From positions 1-54,248 of the IMG/VR virus record IMGVR_UViG_3300046824_000127: DNA of 54,248 nucleotides; one strand, written 5' to 3'. Position numbers and translations under genes: made by a program. The notes under the pieces are model-generated. The model was not told the DNA's origin and made no database searches. It worked only from the letters and a program-made list of their open reading frames with translations. This document shows positions 54,141 to 54,248 of this stretch, piece after piece. Position 1 is the first letter of the stretch; every line of letters starts with the position of its first letter. The stretch comes from a virus (lineage: Duplodnaviria > Caudoviricetes).

Positions 54141-54248
54141 TCCAGTTCCCTTCGACCTGAGCATGTCAATAAACTGCTCAGAAAGGTGCGCATGCCGCAC
54201 ATCAAGGACAAGAACCTCTTCGCCGCGAAGGCGCAGGTCGACGACCTC
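54122..54248. repeat. Terminal overlap identical to 1-127
   Basis: Exact identity. Confidence 0.97.

Noticed and set aside
54122-54248. 127-bp direct repeat as a biological terminal repeat
   Set aside because: Length equals a common assembler k-mer and it cuts through genes; most likely a circularisation overlap
1-54248. Stop-codon reassignment
   Set aside because: Genes are intact and tightly coupled under the standard code; TAG, TGA and TAA all end genes

Overview
The window appears to be a complete tailed-phage genome of about 54.1 kb: bases 1-127 are identical to 54122-54248, so the contig closes into a 54,121-bp circle. It is high-GC and siphovirus-like, with four transcription blocks. 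(1) Small early genes plus an AAA+ ATPase on + (50534 across the junction to 4272). (2) A primase-helicase and nucleases on - (10062 to 4269). (3) Nucleotide metabolism and replication genes on + (10322-23820). (4) Packaging, head and tail genes on - (50102 to 23830). I could not recognise an integrase, tRNA, CRISPR array or endolysin. Main points of interest: (a) a candidate cytosine-modification pathway, made of a thymidylate-synthase homologue with the dCMP-type Asp, a dNMP kinase fused to a UDG-fold domain, a MazG-like pyrophosphatase, a dCMP deaminase and a divergent PolA; (b) three arrays of TTCCT boxes at exact 10-bp phase over the promoter/leader regions of the primase, synthase and ParB genes; (c) a covarying hairpin motif, three copies, after the ParB, SSB-like and major capsid genes; (d) a duplicated 36-bp pseudoknot-like element next to ribosome-binding sites; (e) 11-bp-phased CGCTACG boxes at the small terminase start; (f) two glycosyltransferase-like genes inside the virion module; (g) a CpG-poor island of small acidic proteins. 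All protein calls come from motif reading and gene order, not database searches.
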